A stretch of 64,000 nt of DNA, from contig CM022673.1 in NCBI GenBank assembly GCA_012295275.1, positions 8,494,001 through 8,558,000 on the forward strand, read 5' to 3'. Positions within the stretch are counted from its first letter, which is position 1, and each line of letters begins with the position of its first letter. Shown in pieces: positions 1 to 13,693 of the stretch. The DNA comes from Chrysomallon squamiferum (taxonomy: Eukaryota > Animalia > Mollusca). The notes below the pieces were generated by a model that saw only the letters and a list, made by a program, of their open reading frames with translations, was not told the origin of the DNA and did not search any database. The translations under genes and the position numbers were made by a program.

Positions 1-301
1 GAGCATCACGACTGGCATCTGTCAGTTCAGTCAATGTTGTTTAATTTTCTTACGAAGTTATAGTAGTTTATATATCAAACGTTGATGAATTAAATATGAA
101 TCGGTCATAAATCACGATTATTTAATGATTTATAGTTTAAAGTTTATTCCATATGACACTACTGTACTACATCATAGTACTATTATCTCTTATGATGATC
201 ATCATTTTTTATGGGTTGCGAATAGTATGTCTTATAAAGTTACACTTTGTGCTATAATTATAAATATTTTATTAATGTTTGTTCTATTACTACTTTACTA
301 G

Positions 302-3300
302 GTAGCGGAATTTATTGAAAAGTGCAAGAGAGATGTAAGTATTAAAATTGATCTATTAATATAACTCTTAGGTATAGCCTCTCTTACACTGGTAAGAGTC
401 TTAGGTAATATCTTAAAATCAACAGACATAGTTATGATAGTAATAATTTCATTCTTAAAACAGTTATACTAATTTACCAGGATTTAGTAAACATATGTAT
501 TTATTTATTTTTATTTTTTAATGTATTATTATTTTTTCATTTTATTGCACAATGAATTACTACTTAACATATCTGAGTTTTCAGAAAGATATATTTTGTT
601 TTCCAGAAATTTTTAATTCAAGCACTTTGAAATTCCTTAATGTATATATTTTTGAACTTTCATATGATCACTGAACAAACAAATGACAAAGTAATATATT
701 CTTTAAAATTATAATTAGATGCAAATGTTAGTTTCTTTTTAAAAATCCTCCTTCTTACTTATTCAGTTTAAAATGCATTAAACCTCTGTCTAGTCATTTA
801 TATTGTGCAGTTTAATATATATAGTGGTCTCCCCAGCATTTGTTAAAGATATGGAGGGAATTCGTGTAACTGGTGCAAGTTAAACAAAGGGATAATATAG
901 AAAATGGTACTAGTTTTTAGAACAATGTTCAGATTACTTATTTATCAGAAATACTACTATAAATAATTGCATTAAATACACTAACTATTAACAAGTTTAT
1001 TTTATTTGCAGTTAAATAAAATCAAAGTGTTTGTTTAATTTATCATACAAAACAAAAGTTCACAAAATAAACAGGTGGTGGATATTACTGCTGTTGCCAA
1101 CGAATGGCAGGTGAACTTGTCATAAGCCATAAGGGATGGCAGGCCTCATCTCTTACAGTATGTAGCAAGACCTCTGATATATATATATATATATATAAAA
1201 CATCTATGTATTCGGATAATACTTTTATTACATAATTTTTTGTTTTTATTCCACAGGCTGAAACTCTTGTCAGGGAAGTATTTCCAAAGAAGATTTTGGA
1301 ACTTGAGGCTATTCACAAGGTAATCTGCAGTGTTGACTGTAAACTTTATTTTAATGTCAGAAGTGTGTTAGGATGAGAGCAGATGAGTTTTACGCATTGT
1401 AAGTGGGTGGATCAGTTTTCTTTAGTCCAAACTTGAGTCATTGCCACTCCAATCATTGCTTATAACGTTATGATATCTAGTTATGGCAAGGTATAAGCAA
1501 AGTATCCCTTGATATTAATAACAGTAGCTTTTGAGAGGTTTTAGCAAATTGTTTCTTTGTTTCACTGTACACAGTATGTATGACTAACATCTGATAACCA
1601 TTAATAGAAAGTATGTTGGAATGTCTTTAAATATTCGTTATTTCAGTGAATTTCATTTGTGCTGAAACTGGTTGTTCGTGTTCATAATAACTGAAAATTA
1701 TGTGTTCTGTGTAAAACCATTGGAATGATCTTTTTTAACTAGAAATGCATGTTTACAAACATAATGTAGGTGCTAATGTATTTCTGTTCTTCTGATTTTA
1801 GGAACTGGCAGAAAAGGATTTCTCAAAACTGACATGCGACGTAAATATTCCTATTCCAGAACCAGTCTGTGTTGATAATGAAGATGAGGTATTAATATCA
1901 GAGTTGAAGCTAGGCTAGAAGTAGAAATATAGAGAGAAGTCACTTCTCCCTTTAGACGTATTAGGGTGATGTGAGGTTTTGTGAAGACCAAATGAGACAA
2001 TAACACATAAAACAAAATTAGACATCTGCATGTATGCCTTGATATTCAGTTTTTAAAACTGCATCACTAACAAAATATTGTTTACAGAGTCATGCCATAA
2101 GTGGTAACAATGTTTTGTTCTTGTTTATTTATGATTACTTGGAGCCTGTTTCCTTGAATCATGGACATAATTACTTAGATATATAAATTGTAATCTTTAC
2201 TGTATTTATGTCCATCTCAGTGAATTTAATTTGGATACAAATTCAAAACAACTGTGTTTATTGCAGAGAAACAAAGAAGGCCTATTAATGATCTTTATAC
2301 CTGTTTCTTTGTGGAAGGCTGAAATTGGAAAAGTCAGCAGCATAATTTTTAACATGTTATTTTTGTTTGTGATTTGTTGATTCAGTCCTTTCTGATTATA
2401 AAACTGTATATAAGTATAACAAATGTAGAATTTTTTTTTTTAATTTAATTTTTCTTGGATGATTTATTAATAATATAATTTGACTGAAATAATGAAAGTT
2501 GGCTGGGTGATCACATGTGATTATAGGAAGAAATGGAGGCAGAATACTGATACTTGCAACTTCCACATGATATATTAAAAAAAAATAAGGCAACTGAAGC
2601 CTATAATATGTATTGAATAATATCTAATATCTTTTTTAACTATGTGGACATAACAAAAGTATTATACAAATAAACAATAATTTGGAAATGTTTTACAAAA
2701 GGAATGGAATTCACAATAAAGATGGAGGAGAAAAAAAAAAGTTTCAAGATTTCAGGAAAGCAAAGTTGATCCAAAATAGTTCTTCCCGTTAATAAAATAA
2801 AAATAAATTGCAAACCAAACTATAATTAGCAAAAATATGTAGAAAGCATCAAATTTATATCTTCTTATTTTCTATAAATATGGATTTTCTGTAGATCATG
2901 AATTTAAATTTATATCATCATTATTATTATTATTATTATGTTTGAACATTTTAGCCAAACCCTAAAAAGAGGAAGCTTGACCTGCTGGAACTTAATGGAG
3001 ATTATCCAAAAGGTGAGTTATAAATATACTGTATAATCATGGTGATTTCACTGATGAATTATATTTCTAGGAAATACTCCATATCCATTTGTAATTTTTT
3101 TTTTTTTTTTTTTTTTTTTTTTGAATATTTGATTTTCCACAGAAAAGATTACATGTATTTTTATGCTGTCATATCATTAACTATTGATTCTAAACAAAAA
3201 ATTCTGGTTTTAAAAAATAATAATAATTATTATTTACTTAATAATTATTCTGTAGGATCGGTGGTTTTAGCCTTTCCAAATGGGACGTCGCCGTGCAACA

Positions 3301-4539
3301 AATCTTTACGAAAACTTTGTGACAAGATGAAGCCTTTGATCCGAGGACTTATAGAACATTCCAATAAGGTATAACACATATTGGTTTTAACTTAATCTAA
3401 TTTTGATCGCAAAAATGTGTTAGTTCATGTTGTGATGTTTTATTTTATATTATTATGGTAGAAATCATATGTCATTGTACATAGACTGTATTTAGATGTT
3501 CTATAAGATTAAGAATTAAAAATTCATACAACATTTTCATTAATATTATTTTACATGATGATTGTTTTTTTTTTTTTCATATGTGTTGTTCAGTCTTAAA
3601 TGTTCTAATGTGATGTTTCAGATTAAAATGTGGATCAGCTTTTTAATACCAAAAATAGAAGACGGAAACAACTTTGGTGTCTCTATACAGGTAATTTTTA
3701 TTATATATAATGATACAAATATAAATGATTTAAATAATAGTTTTAAAACAATTAATATTAAAATGGCTGTCTCAATAGTCATACCTGAATTCCAAGACAG
3801 TTGATATTTAACAGACATTTTAAAGAATCTACAACTATGCATAAGGATTTAAAATTGCAACTTTTATTTTTAATTTTCTTTAATTTTTATTTTTTTTAAT
3901 TTTTTTCTTTATTTTTTTGTATTTCTTTATTTATGTTTTTTTAATTTTTTTTTTATTTTTTTATAAACCATGTGTTTGTTTTTCATATTTAATACTAATA
4001 AAACCAAGATACACCACATGCCTCATCTCTTACCCTTTACAGATAGTCCATAAAGTCAATTTTAATTCATCTAGTTTCATTGTCACTAACCTATTTTCAC
4101 ATTCTGGTGATTGATTTGCACTGTCACACAAACAAGACTGTTTTTAACTAATGTTACAGGAGGATACAATGGCTGAAGCAAGACAGGTGGAGAGTGAGGC
4201 TGCCACGTACCTTGATCAGATTGCACGTTACTACATCACAAGAGCAAAAATAGTATCTCGGGTTGCCAAGTACCCTCATGTTGTAAGTAGTAAATTACGT
4301 TTATAAAGCAATGAAAGTCTTGTTTTTTAAATTGTATTTGTTGGAAAATAATTTTAGAATATTTCCAGTCTTGAAAATGAAATGTTTTCTTTAATTATTT
4401 TTTTCTGTGTATTTAAATTCTCATAGAAATATTTAATTAATTTGAGGGTGTAGATGAATATTTCCTGTGTTACAATGTTGGGATTGCATCATTAAAAAAT
4501 GATGGGTATTGTTTATTTTGTACTTTTTCATTAATATTG

Positions 4540-4574
<35 letters not shown>

Positions 4575-5608
4575 AAATCTTTTTTTCAAATAGTGTTTTG
4601 GCTTTTTTTGAAAGTCTTACATTTATATTTAACATTACTTTATAAACATCTACTGATTTTTTTAAATTTTCTTTTTTTTTTAAAACAACAAATTTTAAAC
4701 TTTTTTTTTTGCTTTTATTTGAAAGTCTTACATTTATATTTAACATTACTTTATAAACATCTACTGATTTTTTTAATTTTCTTTCTTAATTTTTAAAAAC
4801 AACAAATTTTAAACACTTTTTTTTGCTTTTATTTGAAAGTCTTACATTTATATTTAACATTACTTTATAAACATCTACTGATTTTATTGTTTTATATATT
4901 TTTTCAATATTTTTATATTTTTCTTCCATCAGGAGGATTACAGACAAGCAGTGAAGGAGCTGGATGAGAAACAGTTTGTTGGCATGAGACTAACTTGTTG
5001 TGAACTGCGAAATCATTATGTAAGTAGAAAAATGTTAACTTGTATAACTAACCTGATAGTGTGCACCATTACCATCAGTTAATAACAAGTATCACGTGAA
5101 AAGTGCTTACAAAAGGTTAATGATATTTCTTATTATGCTACAGAATGACGTAACTTGTTTTTGTTTTTTTTCCCCAGGCATTATTAAACCATTAGAAACC
5201 ATATGTTGATTTAATTGTTTTAATTAGCTATTATTTTAAAGTGGGAACCCTTAACAAAATTTGTTTAGTATACGATAGTTAATATTCAGTTTGGCAATAA
5301 CTTTTTTTTTTTTTTAATGTTAATTTTGACTTAAAAAGGCATGAGATGCAATTTGATGTATATGTTGTAGTAAATTAAGGCAATTTCTAATGTTGTATTC
5401 TATTAGTGTACATTTGGAATTAATTTAACATACATATCTGTATACTAAAAATATGTTGAGTGCTTCATTTAAAATACAGTTCTTTTTTCTTTTAATCTGA
5501 ACTGATTGTGTTATTATTGGGTTTCAGGCAAGTCTTCATGACATCATTCACAAAAACATGGACAAGATAAAGAAACCACGAAACGCAAACAGTGAAAACT
5601 TATACTGA
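302..5608 (+). CDS. PSME3: Proteasome activator complex subunit 3 (PA28-gamma/REG-gamma), 5'-partial, 9 coding exons in window
   Basis: Exons 302-334, 1257-1319, 1802-1888, 2955-3012, 3256-3368, 3622-3690, 4160-4282, 4933-5019, 5528-5608 (TGA). All are AG/GT bounded and phase-consistent. The translation contains AETLVREVFPKKILEL, the NLS-like PKKRK, the activation loop IKMWISFLIPKIEDGNNFGVSIQE, YYITRAKIVSRVAKYPHVEDYR (Lys equivalent to human K188 retained) and C-terminal KIKKPRNANSENLY*, matching the PA28-gamma family. The short first coding exon was not found, so it presumably lies upstream of position 1. Confidence 0.96.
4608..4884. repeat. Tandem repeat, ~2.5 copies of a ~112-bp unit, in a PSME3 intron
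   Basis: The core ttgaaagtcttacatttatatttaacattactttataaacatctactgatttt starts at 4608, 4719 and 4833. Confidence 0.9.
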
Positions 5609-8325
5609 GAGAAATCACAAGTAGTAAAACTAGGGAAAAAAACAAAAAATCACATGTATAACCGTCAAGATTTTACTGTCGCACAAAACTGAAGAAGAAA
5701 AGCTGCCACCAGTTTTGTAGAAGATACAAAAATAAAAATAAAAGTTTACTTTATACATCAATGTTACTTATTTTAAAAACAAAAAGAAGATCAAATGTAT
5801 TTGACCTCCAGAATTTTATTTTATTTCTATTTTTTTGTATAGCAAAGGCTTCAAAGAAAAAATTATGTATTAATTGAAGCTTCTTTTTTTTTGTACACAA
5901 CTGCTATTTATGTGTAAGAAAATCATATGAAATGTGTTAGTTTATCTGTCTACAGTTATAGAAGAGATGTAGTTTCTCATAATAGCTAATTAACTCTGGT
6001 TTATGGGTTCAGCCAAAAATGTTTCTGTCATTCCTCAATTTCTGCAGAAATTTTTATTTTAACTTTCAGTAGTTTTGCAGCACAGTTGTTTAATAAGTAA
6101 TAATTATTATTATTAACTTTGTTAAACGAGTGGCAAGTAAGAAAAAGAAAGCCCACCTGAAGAGTCTGAACTGTGTGTAACATGTTTCAAGTTTTATTTT
6201 TGATGTACATGTAATTCTTTACAAAAAGTGGTGCTGATACTTTGCATTTATAGTTTTAAATTACCGACATTCATAAATCATTTGCTTGTTTTCACTGAAG
6301 CCATCAAGAACCTATTTCCAGTGTGCCATTTTGCTTCCATAGCTCATAGTTTTTAATGTTCCATGTCTCAATTCATTCAAAATTTGATACGAACCTATTG
6401 CCTTTGTAAATTAGTTAAACTATAATAATGTATATTACCTAGATTTAAAAACCAAACTAGTTTTGCCAGATTGTACTTGTTTATTCTTGTCCTCTGAGGT
6501 TAATTAAGTAAACATTAAATTTTGTAAAAAAGAAAAATAATTAAGTGTGACCTCGCATGAAAACAAGCAGTTCAGCTTTTGTGGAATGTTGCGTATTTTA
6601 ATCAAATATGTAAATAGATGTCTTTTTTTTTTTTTTCTATCACTTAATATTCTTTTAAGAACTGCATTCATTTCATTTAAAATGCCTGTCTTGATTTATT
6701 AAAATAAAATAATAAAGTTCGTAGGTCATTATTTTGATGTACAACATGTTATGTTAAATATTTCAAATAATGATGACCAGTAACGTTAAAAGTTATTTGG
6801 CAGATTTAACCATTTTATGTGGATACAGATTATGTGTTTTAAAATTTTCACAAGGCATTGTGTGCTACAGATAGCAAGTTGTTCAGCCCTATTGATTCAT
6901 TCTTACTGAAAGTCTGAATGGACATTTTCTTAAATCTGTGTGTTGATACAAGATCCTGTTTTGCCAGCAGTTAAAACTTACACTGATGATTAATCATGGA
7001 GTTAGAAGATATTTATCTTCTTGTACTCCTTTCTTTTTTAATTTTTTATATGTATATGTAAAAATAAGAATAAGAACATCCAAATAGTAGTCAAATCATT
7101 TTTTTTAAATTAAAATATTAAACAAATATTTCTCAATCTTTTTATTTATGAAATAAGAAACAGCTGTTCATAATAATGTGAAGTTCTAAATTTTCAACTC
7201 ATTCATATTCATTTTATCATTTGGTAATGGTGTATTCACTAAATGTTTGTCTATGTGTTAGGTATATCCCAGTTGCTTTTTTTTTCTTTATTCTTTTTTT
7301 AATTTTTAATTTTTTTAATTTTATTATTATTACTAATATATTTTTTTTCTTTATTATTATTATTATTATTATTTTTTTTTTTTTTTTTTTTTCTGTTGTT
7401 AATTTATAATTCTGTCCTGGTTTGGAAAAATAGTAAATCATTTATCAAAATAATCCATTACCCTAATTTAGATGTAATTCAAGGGGTGAGGGGGAAAGAA
7501 AAACTTCTGAATGCCACTAGTCTTTGTTCTTAGTATAGGAGATTTTTGGTGGTGGGGATCTCAAAATACCTAATATTTTTGCAAACCAGGGCAGAACTGT
7601 ATTTCTGATACAAAGGTTTCGAAACATTTTGTACCTTATCAAATAAACTTGAATTGTTCATTGTTTTTTAAATATCTTCCAAACATTTATTTTTCATCAT
7701 TTTTGTGTTTGTTCTTGCTTGTTCAAGACATAACTGGGTTGTTTATCTAATAAATTTGTGGCAATAGTAGTACTCAGAAATAAAGCAACTATCTCATAAC
7801 ATATTTGGTATTAAGATTCTTTCAGTGTATTTTTCAGCAAAATAGAAATTAATTTCATTCAGTTTATTTATTTTCAGTTTTCTTATTATTAATTCATATT
7901 GTAATTATTAGATTCTTCTGTTAGTTGGGAGATTCTACTCAATTTATTTAGTTAATTTTTATATATATATTTATATTTATTTATTTTTATTTTTTATTAT
8001 TATTATTATTTTTTTTAATTTGATCATGTTTTAAATTATACATACACAGAGGGGAGATGGAATGTGATTTTGTGTTGTTGCCAGTTATGATTTGAACAAG
8101 GTACAGGTATCGTCAGTGAATTTGTTTATGCAGTTTTATGAGTAACATGTTAAAGGTGTTTTTACTGTACATATGTTTTTTCTTTTGTTTATCATTTTCA
8201 GTCGGTCATCAGTCATACACTGAAAGTCCTTTTCATGTGAAGTAAAATGAAATTCGTTCATATATTTTTGTTGTTGTTTTTTGTTCATTTATATATTGAT
8301 TTTTTAAATTTTATTATTATTATTT

Positions 8326-8356
<31 letters not shown>

Positions 8357-9115
8357 CAGTACAAAGTATAAAATACTACAGTTAAAACTTATGATGACCT
8401 ACGTTATCGTGTACAAGACGGATCAATTTACTCCGGGATTTTTTTTTCTCGAGTTGGTAAAGTCCACTACAAATCGCCCTGTGTATGATGACGTCACCAA
8501 TGGCGGTGTTTTATTATAAATGATTACAGGACACTCGAACCAAATAGAATATTAATTTTATTTATTTTAATTTATTTTATTATTATTTATTATTTTTCGT
8601 CAGTTTTTAGGATCGGACCGTTTCAGTGATTCTTTGGGCTAATTCAGATCTCATCCAATGCTCGACATTAATTTGGGTTTGATGATTTGTTTTTATTTAC
8701 TTTGTAATTGACCTTGTTGATCACGAAAGTTATTAACATCTATCATAAAATTATTTTCTAAACTGCAGGATCCATATTTTTCTACTGCTTGTTTGAAAGT
8801 TCATGTTTTTATTTATTTATTTATTGCTTTTTAATTTCAAATACACTAATCAAAGTAATTAAGGTGTCGAATTTCTGTGAGTTATATATTGACACCACAG
8901 CAATGTCAAAAATATATACATGACATTTTCATAAACATCCATGCTGAAATGTATCTCTTATTTTATCTTTAATTATTGATGTCCTAGCTAGCTTCAATTT
9001 AAGCAAATATTGACTCAAATGTATAGAAAAAAGCATAATAAATAAAAAGGAAATAATGATATTTGTATTAAAAATGAAGTTTTTCCTTAATTTCGAAATT
9101 AGGTTATTAAGATAC

Positions 9116-10521
9116 TTATTGCGTAGTTGAGTTATAGGTGTATCCAGGTTTCATGGGAGCAAACCGAGTGTACTGGGGAAGTTCTGCATTGGTGCTTACT
9201 TCATGGTAGGGGGGAGGTGGACCTGTTGGCGGAGGTGGGCCTGGTGGTGGTGGTGGGACGGAGTTGTATATTCCGGCTTGTCCATGATACAGGTGTGGCT
9301 GGATTGTGTATTGGGTGGTCACTGAAAAGGGAAAGATCAAAATAGTTTAACATAATAATAATTATAGATTGATAAAACTATCAGTAACAGGTTATGAGAC
9401 AGAAGAATGTGTTGTTATGAGACCTTAAATGTTTTATTCAGAAGAATGAGAAAGCAAATTAAAAACCTGGCTAATGAGACATTTCCTATAAAATAATTAT
9501 ACCAGCAATCCAAAATTTAAATTTTACAATAAAGAATGTCCCAAAGTGATACCTCATATATATACACACACCACAAAATAAAATAGAAACAAAACCAGTA
9601 ACTACAGTTTGATAGTTAAGTTACATAAGCACCTTTGAACAGATAAATCTCCTTTCTACCAGTTATGTTCCATTAAAATTTATTGTCGCATGCATTGCAT
9701 GTACGCACATGCATTAAACGTAAACACGCAGTTACCTGTTTCAACAGACATCTGATGCATCGACAGTGGGCCAATTCTGATCACTCGACCTTGATGCTTT
9801 TTCTTGTACCACGTGAAGGAAACCGTTATTAAAACAACAGTCAGCAGAAAGATTCCCGCCCTGGAACAAAACATAGATGAAAGAAATGTTTTTAATCTAA
9901 GGAACTCACCATATTTTAATTTACATTTACATAGCGTTGGATATGTAATTAAGAACCAAATAATAAAACTAATATATTTCGAAAATTTGTTTGACTTAGA
10001 ATCGGGTAGAATATATCAAAGCAGTATTGCATTATAATTTTTTTTTTAAATGGTGTGAAATGTCAGAGACAGAAACAGATATCCTCTTTTCTAATTTGCG
10101 TTTAATGAGTAGTAAAATGTGTCTTTATTTAATAAACTTTCAGGGTTCAGTCAACCATTCCGAAATCAATACCGTGTTATCAGAGAAGCCAGCGACAAAA
10201 TAATCGCTGTGTTATCATTAACGTGTGTGCAGACATACTGTGTTACAAATAATTATTAGCCATTAGCCGGCTTACCATTGTTTTACATTATTTGTTTTAT
10301 TCGGTGTTTTTTCACTATTTTACATTCTTTAATTTTCTTCATCTCGGTCTGCGCATCCATTAGTTTAACTCCCAGTTTATTCGAAATGTAATAAAGGCTG
10401 GGACGATGGAGGTAGGCGCAGGATCACTAGTCAACGTTTTACATAAATATGTTCTCATGTATAGAAATTCTCTACAGGTGTTAAATAATAATCAGGTTTA
10501 AATAAATGTTATCGATATTTA

Positions 10522-10564
<43 letters not shown>

Positions 10565-11910
10565 ATGTTCTGGGACAGTCTGCTCAGACAGCTGTACTGT
10601 GAGCTCTAAGGCGCGAACACATAATTATTTATGAATGGTCACTCTAGCGTATTACTGCATATAAATACCCACAAGTTTTATTATATGCGTACCAGAAGTA
10701 CCATAACCGATACACTTCCACAACACCTTGGCAACAGACATTGGAACAGCAATATTCCCAGTCGTCACAGCTGCAAAAATAATATTTTATAATATATTAT
10801 AAGTAGTTCTTATGTTAAATTTGATGTTTGCATGTATTGTTGTATATGTATGTATGTGTGTGTGTGTATGCATGTATGTGTGTGTATGATGTATATATGT
10901 GTGTTTATATAAATATATAGATGTGTGTATGTATATGTATCTACATACATACATACATACATATATATATATATGTATGTATATGTATAGATAAATAGAT
11001 AGATACATACATACATACATACAAAAACACACACAGACACACGCATCTGTATTTGTGTATGAATGCATGCATGTGTGTACCCTGACACGACTGTGTTCGC
11101 GTATATGCATATATACGTGCATATTGTTGAAGTTTTTATTTGTACGTGCATGTTCAAAATATGTTTATAGAGAACGTCTGCATTCCTACCTGTTGTCTGT
11201 TTGTGTATTGATACTTACTAAACTGTCCTCACTCGCCTTTTCCCAAAGCTGTAGTAGTGGTAAGTACACACAGATAACCCTTCAGATCCAAAAATCTAAA
11301 ACATGTATACAATATATATATATATAAAACAAACAAAACAAAACCCCCAAAATAACCCAAAGAAATAAAGATATTTAATTATTTAATAAATCAGTTATGT
11401 TATTATCATCATTGTTGCTTTTTCTTGTTGTTATCACTGTTATTGTTATTTTTTGTACTACCACTACTAGTACTACCACTAATACTATTACTACTACTAC
11501 TACTATTCATTAACGACTGTGGTAATGAGAAGCAAAGAACATTAAGTATTACTGCTACTGGTACCATTATTTGTTCTGCTGCTGTCAACGCTACTATAAT
11601 TATCATTACTACTACTACTATCTATATTACTTTTGCCACTATAATGATAACTATTACTAGTACTACTACTAGTATTACTACTACAACTACTAATTAACAA
11701 CTGTGGTAATGAGAAGGCAAGAACATTAAGTCTATTTATATTAGCAGTATAATCGGATTCCTAAAACCAAATTAGTAATTCCTTTTCATAACGATCGATA
11801 ATTTGAATCAGAATAACATGTTGATTGTTAATGCAGTTCATAAAATAATTCAGTGTAAAATGTTATATTTATATTTGGTTATTTTATTAATTTTAATTAG
11901 CTGGTTTGGT

Positions 11911-11941
<31 letters not shown>

Positions 11942-13224
11942 TTCTGGATCTTCAGTTTTGCATTACAAATACAAAATAAAGGAAGTAAAACAACATAAAA
12001 TAAAATAAAACTTGTAATGGTTCTTGAGTTTAATTGTATGTTATATAATATTAACTGTTATTTATTTAAGATTTCGTAAAACAGTGCCCAATCTTTATTT
12101 CATGTGTTTTAAAATCAGAATCAGTAACAGGAACCGCCTTTGAGCGACGATTTACTTTTTTTTATCATTCTTATTTTTTTCACTTCTCGATTTTTTTGAT
12201 TTTTGATATATGATTTTTTTTTTTTTTTTTAAATTTTGTATTTATTAATTTTTTAAATCATTACTACTCTTTTTTTTTTTTTTTTTTTTTTATTTGGGAA
12301 ATTTAATTTGATGACTTTTTGTTACTATTTTTTTTAGTGAAATAGAATATTTTTAAAATGTTAATAACATTTATTTCTAGAACGATATTTCATTATTCTG
12401 TTTTTTTTTAGATGTATATGACTCTCGGATTTCATATCCTTCCTGAATTATTCATTAGTCCTCCGTTATTTGGAATATTTGATGTAAACAGCATTTTTTT
12501 TTTTTTCACCTTTTCACAACTTCAATATTTATTGATTCTGCTGAACAAGTCTAAAATATATTTTTTTAAAAACCAACAAAATGATATGGTTTTTACAGAA
12601 AAAAAAAAAATATATATATATATATATAATATAAAAAAATAAAATAAATGTGTATATAAAAAAGAAACTGAAAAAATATATTAAATTTTTTTATATATAA
12701 TCCCACATTATTTTCGATATCACAGCTTTTACCTCTTGTAAAAGACAGAAATATAAATTTCTTCTCATTTTTGTTACTGGAAAAAAAATATTTTATTAAT
12801 GACATAAAATGATCGAGGGGGCCTCCAAAGTGACTTGAAATCCGTAATAAACTCAACGAAATTTCAGTTCGAATGCTCAGAAATACACTTTTTTTTCTTT
12901 ACAGTGGTTAACAAGTATAGAAATTATTTAGGTTTTGGCTTTACGATATATTTGGGATCAAGCTATTTCTCAATTTCGAACCCCTTTCTAGCCATTCTGA
13001 AACCGAAATACACTAAAAAAAATAAAAATATCAGATGTATTGGTTTGTTTACGTTTTCTATTATTCATTTTCTTGAAATTTAAGACTGTTGAAAATTTCT
13101 ATGACATTCATAAATGATCGAACAGCATAGTTTCAGATAAAAAGCCTCTTTAAAAATATTGAATTTATTTACTTACCTGAGTAAGAAAGAGAAGTATGAA
13201 AGCAAAACATTCGTCACACGCCAT
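9116..13224 (-). CDS. VOPP1: VOPP1/WBP1-family single-pass membrane protein with PPxY motif, 177 aa, 5 exons
   Basis: Minus-strand exons 13224-13177, 11295-11219, 10770-10693, 9860-9736, 9321-9116 (TAA) total 534 nt in one frame. Protein: signal-peptide-like MACDECFAFILLFLTQIFGSEG, Cys-rich ectodomain C...YCDDWEYCCSNVCC, the family signature YRLWYFW, a TM helix, basic KKK, and a Pro-rich tail with PPPY and LPQY. The architecture matches vertebrate VOPP1 (CC..RCC...QRLWYFW...PPPY). Exact orthology versus WBP1/Shisa-like paralogues is not proven. Confidence 0.85.
11509..11731. repeat. Short direct repeat around an (ACT)-rich low-complexity tract
   Basis: ttaac(g/a)actgtggtaatgagaag..aagaacattaagt occurs at ~11509 and ~11694. 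Confidence 0.75.
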
Positions 13225-13300
13225 ATTCCTGCGATTTTCTTACATTATTAGTTTTTTTTCTCTCTGTTAATCTGGAGACAATGTACAGAAATGGCAGGAT

Positions 13301-13310
13301 GTCACATGAC
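13301..13310 (-). promoter_or_regulatory. M-box/CLEAR-like element upstream of the VOPP1-like gene
   Basis: GTCACATGAC (GTCATGTGAC on the gene strand), one mismatch from CLEAR GTCACGTGAC, ~77 nt upstream of the ATG at 13224. Confidence 0.5.
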
Positions 13311-13450
13311 AAAGCTCGATATTGTTGTCATGGATACTCAGGTGTCTAAAGATCGATTGGCAACCGAAGACCAATTTGACTTTTCTGAACCTGAAAGCCA
13401 TTTTTATTATGTGATGTAATATAGTTATCGCAATACAGTTTTGAAGGAAA

Positions 13451-13487
<37 letters not shown>

Positions 13488-13639
13488 GTGACGCTGGTGA
13501 TGACGATGATGATCATAGATGTGAGAATAACTGGATTATAAAACGCTTGTGATTACGAAATAAAATCTCTTATATGTTATGATGATACATTCACTCATTA
13601 ACCTGATAATGCCAAGAGTCAACTCTTTTTCTACACATG

Positions 13640-13643
<4 letters not shown>

Positions 13644-13686
<43 letters not shown>
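13644..13686. repeat. (GT)n microsatellite (a second one at 14359-14410) in the VOPP1/TMEM198 divergent interval
   Basis: Seen directly in the sequence. Confidence 0.9.

Positions 13687-13693
<7 letters not shown>

Noticed and set aside
2267-2332. Open 66-nt phase-0 segment after ttattgcag in a PSME3 intron
   Set aside because: The donor (aaa|gtcagc) is very weak, the peptide has no PA28 similarity, and the gene is complete without it.
4608-4884. Repeat-spacer-like pattern (also at 21400-21880 and 29060-29300) considered as a CRISPR-like array
   Set aside because: Eukaryotic intronic context, only 2-3 long units, spacers related to each other or microsatellite, and no cas genes. These are ordinary tandem duplications.
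10787-11697. ORF-track proteins rich in YI/HT/CV/LL runs (also at 25100-26206, 28801-29448, 42426-43289, 56499-57583, 58540-59277, 60503-60993, 62949-63458)
   Set aside because: They are translations of microsatellites and homopolymers. The only real coding parts are the exons already assigned.
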